Shown here: piece by piece, positions 1 through 11,000 of the stretch
How positions within the stretch are numbered: position 1 is the stretch's first letter
How the letters are laid out: each line of letters begins with the position of its first letter
Source: a virus
Taxonomy: Duplodnaviria > Caudoviricetes
Virus record (IMG/VR): IMGVR_UViG_3300025168_000365
Coordinates: 1 to 31,927 of that record
DNA: 31,927 bases
Strand: one strand, 5' to 3'
The notes under the pieces: generated by a model
The model's database searches: none
What the model saw: only the letters and a program-made list of their open reading frames with translations
Told to the model about the DNA's origin: nothing
Program-made: the position numbers and the translations under genes

Positions 1-1493
1 CTCAAGAAGTTATGGATGCCGCAGCGGAAGCAGGTATTAGCATAACCCAAGAAGAAGCCGAGCAGTACGTTAGGCAAACCTCAGTTAATGCCGATCTTGT
101 TATAGATAAAATAATGGAGTCTTACGGGTCTGATGATGCAGGTACTCCAGAAGAAACAGTTGAAGCCGCAGAGACAGAAGTTAAAACGGAAACAAAGGTA
201 GAGGTAGAGTCAGAGGTAGAAGCTGACCCATACACGGAATCAGACACATTAGTAGAAACTAAAGCGGCTACAAATACCGCAGAGCAAAATTACAAAGACG
301 CTCAAGACGCTATAAAGACACCGAAAGAATACACCGACACTGTAGCCGCGTATGAAGCGGAATTAAAAACTTTAAACTATAATAGCCCTCGTTTTCGCGC
401 TGTAGTTGCGGAACTTAGAAGGCTAAAAGAAGTTGAAGGGGCTAGAGCAGCGGCAGCTAAAATTAAACTTAGCAACGCAAAAGGTGCATACGACACGGCG
501 AAAGATAACGAAGCCAAAGTCAGAGCCGACGATAAGCTCGCCTACGAAGAATATTTAGCTAAGACAAGAGCCGATGCAAAGCAAGCCGCAGACGAGGCGC
601 AAGAAATTAGAGATGCCGAGGCAAAAGTTAAAGCAGAGACAGACGCAATTGCGGCAATAAAAGATGATGTAGCGGATGTAAGTAACTCTGTAGACGATCT
701 CGCCAAAGAGCTAGGTTTAACAAAAGAAGAACTGCTTGGCACTATAGGACAAACCGAAGAAGATTTACTTGCGGCGATAGGTGAAACGGAAACAGGGCTG
801 TCTGGAGAGATTGACACCATAGCGGCAATAATCGGTAAACCTCCGTCAGAAGTGACCGATGTAGATGTAGATTTTGTTACTGATTTAATAGCGCAACAAG
901 AAGCTCTTGCTGACCCAGCCACGTTTGAACTTACAGAAGAACAACTGGGGTACGATGTTAACGGTGACGGCGTTGTTAACATACAAGACCAGCAACTTTT
1001 GCAGGGGGTTATGGCAGGAGATCAAACACTAGACACGGCGTTTGATAATAAATTTGCTGCTACAGGGTTGTTTAAAACCCAACAAGAACTACAACAAGAG
1101 CTACAACAAGAACGAGAATTGCAGCAGCAGCGCGACTTAGCCATGCAGCAGCAGATCGAAATGAACTTCCAAAAACAAACAGAGCAGAACAAAAACAACG
1201 CTTTTTTAAATATGTTGATGGGAGCAGAGGATCTTCAAGGGCAAACAGTAACAACAAGACCCGGCGAACTTGCTAAGATAGACTACTTATACGATTTTAA
1301 TAGTGTGTTTGCTAATCCTCAACAGGAGAATCTGTTTGCTTCTCCTTACGGCCCTACTGTAAATAGACAAGCTGGTCAGCCTAGTCAACCCAGCCAACCT
1401 AACAGGCAAGCCCCGCGAAAACCTTTTGGTTTCGCTAAAGGTGGGGTATTAGATGTAAACGAAGAGCTACTACGGCTTATTGGAGATAGATAA
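1..1493 (+). CDS. Virion/ejection-type protein, probably 5'-truncated; acidic/coiled-coil, with a dockerin/EF-hand-like loop and a C-terminal FAKGG motif
   Basis: The frame is open from the window edge (first ATG at 12). It has Ala/Glu/Lys helical tracts, DVNGDGVVNIQD at 954-989 and GFAKGGV near the C-terminus. The stop overlaps the next start (TAATG). Confidence 0.6.
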   Translation, partial: QEVMDAAAEAGISITQEEAEQYVRQTSVNADLVIDKIMESYGSDDAGTPEETVEAAETEVKTETKVEVESEVEADPYTESDTLVETKAATNTAEQNYKDAQDAIKTPKEYTDTVAAYEAELKTLNYNSPRFRAVVAELRRLKEVEGARAAAAKIKLSNAKGAYDTAKDNEAKVRADDKLAYEEYLAKTRADAKQAADEAQEIRDAEAKVKAETDAIAAIKDDVADVSNSVDDLAKELGLTKEELLGTIGQTEEDLLAAIGETETGLSGEIDTIAAIIGKPPSEVTDVDVDFVTDLIAQQEALADPATFELTEEQLGYDVNGDGVVNIQDQQLLQGVMAGDQTLDTAFDNKFAATGLFKTQQELQQELQQERELQQQRDLAMQQQIEMNFQKQTEQNKNNAFLNMLMGAEDLQGQTVTTRPGELAKIDYLYDFNSVFANPQQENLFASPYGPTVNRQAGQPSQPSQPNRQAPRKPFGFAKGGVLDVNEELLRLIGDR

Positions 1494-2209
1494 TGAGTTG
1501 GTTTTCAGATTTAACAAGCAAATTTACGGGGTCAGATCTTGGCTCTGGGGTTATGGATCTTTTAAATAGCCCTGTAGGTGCTTTAGGGTTGTCTGCATTA
1601 GTAAACAACAGTGGGCTTAACGAAACCAAAATACCTCAAGTAGGGTACCAAGGTAAGATACCTGAGTATGAAGCGGTACGTGATCGTGTGGCAATGCCTG
1701 CACGTAAAGCGGCACCTCAAGAAGGTGCAGATCCAAATAGACGGCCCGGAGAGCAAGGGAGGCGCTACTTTAGTGACACTATATTTGCAGAAAAGGGAGA
1801 GGCGCAGCCCATGTCCGCGCAAGCCGCTCGTGCAAAAGCCAAACAACAAGCGATGGGGCTAGCGGGAATAAACAAACAAGAACTAACAGACTCGCGGCCT
1901 CCAAAAGATATTAAAAAAGTAACGATGGCCCAAGGGGGTATTCTTGCCATGCGTGAGGGACGTTATTTAAATGGTAGTAGCGATGGTATGGCTGATAAAG
2001 TACCTGCTAGAATTGACAGTGGGCAAGAAGCTAGATTAAGCGATGGTGAGTTTGTTATACCTGCTGATGTGGTAAGTCATTTAGGTAACGGTAACTCTGA
2101 TGCAGGTGCTAAGGCGTTACACGCTATGATGGATCGAGTACGTAAAGAACGTACAGGCAATAAAAAACAAGGTAAAGAAATTAACCCTAAAAAAATGTTA
2201 CCGGCGTAA
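1493..2209 (+). CDS. Phage virion protein with a tape-measure-like AxGG...D.VPA...LSDGEFVIPA motif
   Basis: MAQGG...GSSDGMADKVPARIDSGQEARLSDGEFVIPADVV resembles the AxGG..G.GT..SD.IPA.LS.GEFV motif of tail/tape-measure-associated proteins. Confidence 0.65.
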   Translation: MSWFSDLTSKFTGSDLGSGVMDLLNSPVGALGLSALVNNSGLNETKIPQVGYQGKIPEYEAVRDRVAMPARKAAPQEGADPNRRPGEQGRRYFSDTIFAEKGEAQPMSAQAARAKAKQQAMGLAGINKQELTDSRPPKDIKKVTMAQGGILAMREGRYLNGSSDGMADKVPARIDSGQEARLSDGEFVIPADVVSHLGNGNSDAGAKALHAMMDRVRKERTGNKKQGKEINPKKMLPA

Positions 2210-2212
2210 TTT

Positions 2213-3241
2213 ATGAGTATATTTGGATTTAATGAAGGTGGGACAACAGGGACAGGTACAGGTACAAATATACCAGTTCCTACAGACCCTAATGTAGGAC
2301 AACCAGTAGGCAAAGAATCTTCGCTATCTTCGTGGGCGGGTGATTACGTAACTGACATGCTAGGTAGAGGGCAAGCCCTTGCTAATCAAGGATATGAAGC
2401 TTACACCGGCCCTCTTTCTGCGGGACAGTCAGATATACAAAACACAGCGTTCCAAGGTATTGGGAACTTAACTGTACCTACTAACATGGGCGCGTTTACA
2501 CCTAGTTCCTTTACTGGTGCTGGTGCTCCTGTACCGCAGTACGACTCGGCAGGTATGGCAATGAATGTACCGGCGGGAGGCATGGGAGGTGACGTAGCCT
2601 CGCAGTATATGAATCCTTACTTACAAGCTGCGTTAAATCCGCAACTCGATGAAGCACGCCGCCAATCTAATATTAGTCGTTTAGCTGACGCTGGTAGGTT
2701 AACTCAAGCCGGTGCTTTTGGTGGTACTCGACAGGCTATTATGGAGTCTGAAGGTAATCGTAACTTAGGGCAAAATCTTGCTGCTATTACAGGTCAAGGG
2801 TACAGCGACGCTTATGATAAAGCTCTTAACCAATTTAATACTGAGCAGGGTAGACAACAGACTGCTCAAGACGCTAGCAACCGTTACGGACTAGAGGCAC
2901 TTGCTGCACAGACAGGAGCCGGTGCTACGCAGAGGGGCATTACCGCTGAAGGCATAGCCGCAGACAGGGCGCAGTTTGAAGAAGAACGAGATTTTCCGTA
3001 CAAACAAGTACAGTACCAGCAGTCTTTATTACAAGGACTTCCACTAGAAGCACAGACAACGAGCTATTCGCAGCCAAGTAACCTAAGTAAGTTATTAGGC
3101 GATTCCGGTGGGATTATGGCGCTCTTAGAAAGCCTTGGTGGGCTTGGTGGTGGTTCTGGCAGCGGTGATGGTGGGGGTTCTGGCAGCGGTGGTAGTGCAG
3201 CCGACGACGACGACGCCGACGACGCACCCATCTTGGTATAA
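2213..3241 (+). CDS. Putative internal virion / DNA ejection protein
   Basis: Gly/Ala/Gln-rich, with YMNPY and GAFGGTRQAIME segments typical of podovirus ejection proteins. Gly-Ser/Asp low-complexity tail. Confidence 0.6.
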   Translation: MSIFGFNEGGTTGTGTGTNIPVPTDPNVGQPVGKESSLSSWAGDYVTDMLGRGQALANQGYEAYTGPLSAGQSDIQNTAFQGIGNLTVPTNMGAFTPSSFTGAGAPVPQYDSAGMAMNVPAGGMGGDVASQYMNPYLQAALNPQLDEARRQSNISRLADAGRLTQAGAFGGTRQAIMESEGNRNLGQNLAAITGQGYSDAYDKALNQFNTEQGRQQTAQDASNRYGLEALAAQTGAGATQRGITAEGIAADRAQFEEERDFPYKQVQYQQSLLQGLPLEAQTTSYSQPSNLSKLLGDSGGIMALLESLGGLGGGSGSGDGGGSGSGGSAADDDDADDAPILV

Positions 3242-3255
3242 GGAGCAGGTTAAAA

Positions 3256-5049
3256 ATGGTAAATATAGATAAAAAAGTAGGTGATTTAGCAGCCGCTTAC
3301 CAAAATAACGTCCCTGCGCTTATGAAGAGGGCTGGCGAGTCTAAAGATATTTTTGACATGCTTGCTTTGAACATAGTAACAACTAAACAAAAAGAAGCAA
3401 AAGCAGCATTGGCACAGGGGATGCCTGACTCACAAGGTACTGTGTATGATTCTATGGAAAAAGAAGCCGTAGAAAACCAGAAAGAGCTTATGGGGCAGGG
3501 GCTTGCTGAAGTTGCTAAAAATACTAGTGGGACGTTAGCAAACAAACAACGCCAAAATCCAATGCCTCCTAATCAAGCCGGTGCGGCACGACCACAAATG
3601 AATGCTGCTCAAGGCGGTATTGTTGGGTTTAGAAGTGGCGGCGGCATTGCTGGGTTTGATAAAGGCGGTAAAGTTACCGATGCACAAATTGCAAGATATC
3701 TAGCTAAATATAACCTACCTGACAATGCTCGCAATAGAGACCTAGCTATAAAAGATATAACAAAGGTGAATACGGACTACGCGGAGTTAAACCCAACCAG
3801 AGGCGAAGCATTAGAAGGTACTATTGCTGACATGCAAGAAAAGTACGCCGCAGCTAAAAAATCTAGGGCGAGTGGACTACCTGCTGTTCCTACTGATCCT
3901 GTTGTTCCTACCCCCGATGCCGAGGTACCCGGCGCAGCTGCGGTAGACTCTTTAGCTGACGCTAACATAGCGTTAAATAAAAAAGAAGCTGGAGAGAAAG
4001 TAGCGGCGGAAGAGAAAGCAAAAGCAGAAGCAGCGGCAAACGCCGACCCACTAGCAGGGTTGGGGCTTAATAAAAATAATATGCGTCCCGAAACAGCTGA
4101 AATTGATTACGACCCCGCAGCAGAACTACAGAAAAAACTTGCTGCTACAGGGTTAGGGTCGTTACAAGACAGAGATAAGGTTGTTACCGACGCACGCGCG
4201 TCGTCTGATCTCTATCTTGACAGGGCGGGTGCTAAAAAGGCGGGCGAAAATCAAGAAGAAGAACTAAGGAAGCTGACTGAACGCCAACAAGACCCAGCCC
4301 AGCTTAGGAAGAACGCCTTAATGCGCGGCCTAATGGCTGCATCAGGGGGAGGAGGTTTTGCCGCAGTGGGCACGGGTATAATGAACGAACAAGAGGCGCA
4401 AGGTATTGCTGAAAGGGACGCGTTGCACAAGAAGTTTGATATACAAAACAAGTTCTTAAGCTTAGACCTAGATGTAGCTAGTAAAGGTCTTGAATCTGGA
4501 GACAAGGCTCTGGGCTACCTTACCCAAGAAAGGACTGTGTTGGCTGATATGTACAACAGTACAGAAACATCAATAGCCAACAAAGCTATAGCCAGTGCTA
4601 ATCAAAAGTTTGAGTCAAACAAGAGTGAAATTGCAAACCAGTTAAAAGTTTTGACGCTGGAAGTCCAAAAAGACATAGCGGCAGGGGCGCAGGAAGGACA
4701 ACAAATGGCCGCGCTACTTAGTGCCGTAAATAAAATTACTCAAGAAAGTAGTGTGCAGCTTAGTAAGTCTATAGATGAGGATACGTCTATTATGCAATTA
4801 AAACTCGCGATGACCGCCGATCCCTCGGAAGAAAATGTAGAGACTTACAAAAATGCAATTAACGCTAAAATAATTGAGCACTTCCAACTGCGCGAACTAG
4901 CTGGAACGGGTGACTTACTTGAAACAGTAGAAGCACAATTGTATAAGTTATTAGGTATAGAAGTACCTGACGGTACTAAGGGCAGCGCCGCCACATCAAA
5001 TACTGCCCTTGATGCCGCGCTAGGCCAATACCCCGCCAAGGACGATTAG
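3256..5049 (+). CDS. Putative internal virion / ejection protein (helical)
   Basis: 597-aa Ala-rich helical ORF with an AGGAG RBS and three xxGG motifs (3598-3675). It lies between ejection-like genes. Confidence 0.55.
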   Translation: MVNIDKKVGDLAAAYQNNVPALMKRAGESKDIFDMLALNIVTTKQKEAKAALAQGMPDSQGTVYDSMEKEAVENQKELMGQGLAEVAKNTSGTLANKQRQNPMPPNQAGAARPQMNAAQGGIVGFRSGGGIAGFDKGGKVTDAQIARYLAKYNLPDNARNRDLAIKDITKVNTDYAELNPTRGEALEGTIADMQEKYAAAKKSRASGLPAVPTDPVVPTPDAEVPGAAAVDSLADANIALNKKEAGEKVAAEEKAKAEAAANADPLAGLGLNKNNMRPETAEIDYDPAAELQKKLAATGLGSLQDRDKVVTDARASSDLYLDRAGAKKAGENQEEELRKLTERQQDPAQLRKNALMRGLMAASGGGGFAAVGTGIMNEQEAQGIAERDALHKKFDIQNKFLSLDLDVASKGLESGDKALGYLTQERTVLADMYNSTETSIANKAIASANQKFESNKSEIANQLKVLTLEVQKDIAAGAQEGQQMAALLSAVNKITQESSVQLSKSIDEDTSIMQLKLAMTADPSEENVETYKNAINAKIIEHFQLRELAGTGDLLETVEAQLYKLLGIEVPDGTKGSAATSNTALDAALGQYPAKDD

Positions 5050-8000
5050 TGGCTCAAGTAGATTTAGCCAGACTTGAAGATGCGTTTATGCAGGCGCATA
5101 ACGCGGGAGACACTGAAGCTGCCACCGTGCTTGCTGCGGAAGTAAGGCGACGTAGGACTGAAGAGCCAGACCTCGGAGAAATCTTTGCGCAGAATCAAGT
5201 CCGATATGCTGCGCCTAAAGAAACCGGCGTATTTGAAGACTTAACATCAGGTTTCGGTGCAGGTGCGGTTAATGTTGGTGAAATGGCTAGCCTTGGTGCA
5301 GTCGCAATCTTGGACGAAGAGGCCGAACTAGCCGCGCGTGAGAAAATTAAAGCCGCAGCGGATTACATACGTCCCGAAGGGGGCGACCCTGAGTCCTTTA
5401 GTTATGGGTTAGGTCAAGCGTTTGGCTCCATTGCCGGTATTGCCGCCCCCGCTGCTATTGCTGGGGTTGCTGGTGCTCCTACTCTCGCCGCCACAGGTAT
5501 TGCTGGATTACTGGGTGTAGGTGCCTCTGCTGGTGAAGCAAGTGAACGTGCCCGTGAATCGGGCGCTACTGAAGAAGAACGTGGCGCAGCTACCCTACGT
5601 GGCGCTCCAATCGGCTTGCTAGAAATCCTACCTATTGCCCGTTTTGTTAAATCTGTAGACCTACCGTTACTGAATAAATTAGTAGATAAGCTAGGCCCAG
5701 AGAAAGTCGAAACCATCGGTGAAAAAATCTACAGCGCGGGGATTACGGGTGGGTATGAAGGCGCACAAGAAATAGCATCAGAAGCTTTACAGAACCTTAA
5801 CCAGAAAGAATACGACGCAACTGTTGAAACCTTTGCTGGCGCTGAAGAAGCGTTTACGTATGGCAGCATAGCTGGTGGTCTTCTTGACTTGTTCCTTGGT
5901 GGTAGTAGGCGAGCAAGAGACTTTGACCGCACCCCCGAGGGGCTTGCTGCGATAGAAAAAGAAAAAGAACAAGAAAGAATATCCTCGCAGGACAGGCGCT
6001 CCGCCGAAGCACAAAGCATCCTTGCTGAAGAACAAGCCGAAATTACCGCTGAAGAACCTACCGCAACGGCACCCAAGTTAGGTTTAATAGATAAAGAGTC
6101 TGAAAAAAATAGGGTCAATGTACGCCTTGCGTTGGCGAAAGCAAACAACGTAGCCCCAAAAGAAATAACAGAAGAACAAGTAGACGATTATATAGATGGT
6201 ATAAACATAAAAAAGGGGCCGAAAAAAGGAGCAAAAGCTACCAGTAAAAAACGCAAGCGTAAAAATAAAGTAGAGCGTATAGAAGACATTACAGGCCAAA
6301 AAGGGTTTACTGACGAAGATGTTGACGATGTTAATGCGTTTATTGCGACTACGGAAACGAGTACTGAAGAACAAAAACAAGCAGCTAAAAATAAAATAAA
6401 AGCGCAAGACGAAAGGCAACAAGCCAAGCTTGCGGCTGACAGAGGTCAAGTTACTGAGGCTACCACTACTTCTGAGGCTACTGATGCTGTTGCAGAAACT
6501 ACTTCCGATGATACCACTACTTCCGATGCTATTGAGGTTGGTGCCAAACCTGTTGAGGTTGATGCCGAGGCTACTGAAGCTGTTGCAGAAACTACTTCTG
6601 AGGCTACTGAAACTGTTGCAGAAACTACTTCCGATGACACCACTGAGGTTGATGCCGAACCTGTAATTACAAGAAAGAAAACTGATGCTGGTGATCCTTA
6701 CCAACTTGTTGAGTTTGGTACAGATTCTTACGAAATATTTAAAGAACCTAATAAACCAGAGTGGTATGACCGAAACGACCTTGGCGGTCCTACGGGTGGG
6801 TATCTCGGCAAAAATAGAACCGAAGCGATACAGAAATTAAAAGAGCGTAGGGCCGGTACTCCTCCTGCTCCTCCTGCTGCTCTTCCTCCTCCTGCTGCTA
6901 ATACTACTGCCGCCACCGAAACCGCCGCCGAAACCGTGACAGATCCGACATCCGAGCGAAAAATTCTTAAGCTTAGACCCGGTGCAACACAAAAAAGAAT
7001 AAAAGCTGCTGCCGCCAAAAGAGCTGCTGCTGACAAAAAAGCTGCCGCCAGAATTACTCCTGCGCAAGGAGTGCCAGCACCAACAATTGAAACGAATACA
7101 GATGGTGATTACCCCGAGTACACGTTTAAGTTTGAAGACGGTACAGAGTACAAAGGTGTAATGAAAGGTAACGAAATACTTATAGACGGTGTTCCGGAAG
7201 AAGAATTTAAAGCCTTTACCCCAAAAGAAGCCGCTAAGAAACTACAGGCTAGGCAAGCAAGAGTTTCGCAAGAATCTCAAGCTGCTAAAGCAATGATTAC
7301 AGGAAAATCACTAGACGCAAAAAATACAGATACAGATACCACACCACAAAAATCTATGGATGAGGTAGTAGACGGCGTAAACATTACTAGGGAAAAAGAA
7401 CTTGCTAAAGACGCTAAAGCTGTAGAGGCAGATCGTGATTTAGACCCCGAAAAAATAACACCAAGCGAACGGAAAGAGCTTAACGCCTCACGCAAAGCTA
7501 ATAAATTAGTCCCGACCCTATTTAAGTATTTTAGCGAGGCTATTGATGTTGGTAAGAACAAACAGTCTACGGATGCGGCTGCTTCAAGTTACACCGAGAA
7601 GGAAGCCATAACCCACGCAAGGGAAATGATGGAGGGGGGCGAGCGAGCTACTAAAGCGAGGCTTATATTAGAAGCAAGAAAACTAGGGGCCGCTAAAGAC
7701 GTTGCTATAGAATATGCAGAAAATCAAGTATTAGGAAGAAACGCGGGTATAAATATTGACCCCACCCAGAATAATCTTTTAGGTATACCCGTCAAAGGAG
7801 TGACCGCACCCCTTACGGAAACCACCCTAGCTGCACTAAGAGCGGGGGATCTAAAGGCGGCACTACAAGATGTTGCTAAAAATTCTACCAACCCACGTAT
7901 AAAACTGATTGCTAACTTGCTGTCAAAGATGGTGGGCGATACTAAGGTACTACTTTCTAGGACAACTAAAAACTTACCAGAGAACGCTACAGAAGCAGAA

Positions 8001-11000
8001 AAACTTATTGCTAAAAGGGTATCTAAAAGTGTTGATGGGTATCCAGTGTATGGCTTCTATTCTAGAGGTCAATTTGGTGAGATAGATCTAGACAATACAA
8101 TTGTCATAAACGAAGACATACCCGCAGCCATGAGTGTGCATACTTTACTGCACGAGATGACTCACGCGGCTACCATACAAGCCCTACGAAATCCCACTAA
8201 GGGGGCGGCTGCTACACAGATTATTAAGTTGTTTAAAGATGTAAAAGGACAACTGAAAGGGCAGTACGGCGCTACAGATGTAGAAGAATTTGTAGCAGAA
8301 GCTTTTGGTAATCTTGCATTCCACAAAGAACTATCTAGGTTTAGCATAAAAGGCGAACGCCTTAATGTTATGCAACGGTTTGTTAATGGGATCCGTGCTT
8401 TGTTTAAGCGCCCACCTCTAAAAGGAAACGCCTCTAAAGAATTAGACGTGTTAATTGAGCAGTTGTTAGCGCCAGCACCTCAGTCTATAGGCGCAGGGTC
8501 GTTTAACTATATGACCGCCAACGCTGTAGGTAAAGCGGTAAGGGAGGCCGCAGAAGCTGCTGCTGGATCTAAAAAAAGAAGCACTCTAATACGGGACATA
8601 AAAGGCGCATTTTCTGGGCCGGGAAACCCTGCTTTGACCAAAGCTAAAAAAATATTTTTTAGGTTTTTGCCTAACGCCAGTATTGCTGATTACGCCAAAT
8701 CCGACCAAATGAACGGCGCTCAAGAAATACTAGACCAAATTGATGTTCAACGGGGGGATCTTACTGCGGCTGAAGCATCTACCAGAAAAACTTTACTGCC
8801 CATATTAGAGTGGGCCAATAAAGCTACAAAAACTATGAGTGATAGGTTTAACAATATTGTATACGACAGCACCATAGCAGAAGTAGATCCAACTAAAGAC
8901 GCATCAGAGTACACAGGCAAAAAACTTAAAGAGTGGACAAGGTTACGGAACGAATACAATAAGCTAGACAAGGAAGGCCAAGAGACGTATGTAAAGCTAC
9001 GGGACTTCTATAAGAACCAATACGCGGAGCTACTAAAAGTATTAGAGGGTAGGATTGATAGTCTGTCTGTAGACGAAAGCGTAAGAAAGAACTTAAAGAA
9101 TGAGCTACTTGCTAAGATGTTAGAAGCATCGAAGCTGGAACCTTACTTCCCGCTTACCCGTAAAGGTACCTATTTCTTAGCGGTTAAAGAAAAAAAGGGG
9201 GGTCGCAACTCCGCAGTATTTTCCTATGAGAGTAATGGTGAGCGACAAGAGGCAATGGAATTCTTCGATGGCGAGGGGTTGGAAGTAGATATATTTGATC
9301 CGAATGATAAATCTAATTATAACGGAGATTCGGTGCCCCCTGCTTTTGTCAGTGAGGTGCTAGATATATTAAACCAGCAGCCAAATGTAGACGCAGAAAC
9401 AAAAGAACAGATTACGCGTTTGTTTATTCAAGCACTGCCTGAGTCTTCTTTTGCAAAAGGACTGCAAAGACGTAAGAAGACTGAAGGATTTGATAAAGAT
9501 GCTTTTGAGGCAGTAAGGACAAAAGGTTACGATTTAGCCAGACAGACCGTCAGAATAAAAAACAGTGCGTTGATTGGGTCGTACATAGAGACGTTTAAAG
9601 CAAACGCTAAGATTGGTAAGTACGACCAAGTTCTTGTTGATGAGGTTGTTGATCGAGGGCAGTTTTCAATAAATCCGCCAGTGGATAACTACGCTAAGAT
9701 GGCAAACCGCGCAGCGTTTCTTTTTACCATTGGATTTAACGCTTCCTCTGCGTTGGTTAACCTGTCGCAGATACCGCTCTTTGCTTATCCGATGTTGGCA
9801 GGTAGGTACGGGTATAAAGAGGCGAACGCTGCATTTAAAGACGCTGCAATTTTGTTTGTTAACACTCCGTTTAGTCAAACACAGCAAACAATCTTTGGGG
9901 ATGCGCGTGCTCCTCGCTCTGTAAGGGCCGCTCTAAAAGGAAATAACAAGCTTAAAGACGCGCTAACAGCACTCCAAGACAAGGCACAACCATCGCTTGA
10001 TAACTACTACACGGTAACTCGATCTAGTAATGGTAAACGTCTTTACACAGTCCGCGAAGATTTAAACTTATCAAAAGACCAGATTACACAACTGAACAGT
10101 ATTAAACCTTTAGTTGAGTTATCGGCTAGACGTGGGCAGTTGGGTACGTCTTTTATAGCGGAAACACTAAGCGTGGATTCTTCGGGGCGAAACATAAGCA
10201 AAATGGATTGGATTACAAACCAGTCTGCGCTTATGTTTCATAACGCGGAAGTTATGAACCGCCAAGTAACTTTAATGGCGGCGTACAACCTAGCTTTAAA
10301 TAAGGCTCTAAAAGGTAAGGGTACGGTAAGCCCTACAGAACGTGCAGCGGCAGAAGCGGCAGCGGCAGAAGAAGCCGTGTTTGAGACAACACAGATAAAC
10401 GGTGGTGCCAACTTAGAGACTGGGCCTAGATTTGCCCGTTCGGGAATTGGGCGTGTAATTCTTATGTATAAGAACTACGGCATTACAATGTACTACAAAA
10501 TGCTTAAGACCGCGTGGCAGGGGGCGAAGGCTCAGTACAACGGTGATACCAAAGAAGCTAGGGTTGCCTTTAAACAACTTGCTGGAATCCATGTTTCAGT
10601 ATTACTGCTTGCTGGTGTGCAAGGTATGCCGCTGTTTGGTTTAATTAGTTCGATTGTAGATACCTTCTTTACAGACGATGACGAAGAAGATTTTGAAACC
10701 TATGTACGTAAGGCGCTTAACAGCAACACGTTGTATAAGGGTGCGTTGTCTGAAATAACTGGGTTAGATGTGTCCAAACGTGTGGCACTTACCAACTTGT
10801 TGGTCGAGGCAGATAGGTTTAATGCTGACCCCTCCCCAGAAGAAACTATTGCTCACTACTTCGGTGGCCCTGCTACTAGCGTAGGAATTAGAGTCTACGA
10901 AGGGTTTGGCGAGATCTTTAGCGCCGACGGCGATGGTGAGCGTGGGTTTGAAAGTATATTACCCGGAGCCTTTCGTAATGCGTACAGAGCGTTGTACCGC

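Noticed and set aside
542-9924. Many - strand and alternate-frame ORFs over the virion genes
   Set aside because: They are shadow ORFs of long biased coding regions, with Ser/Leu/Phe-rich composition and no RBS.
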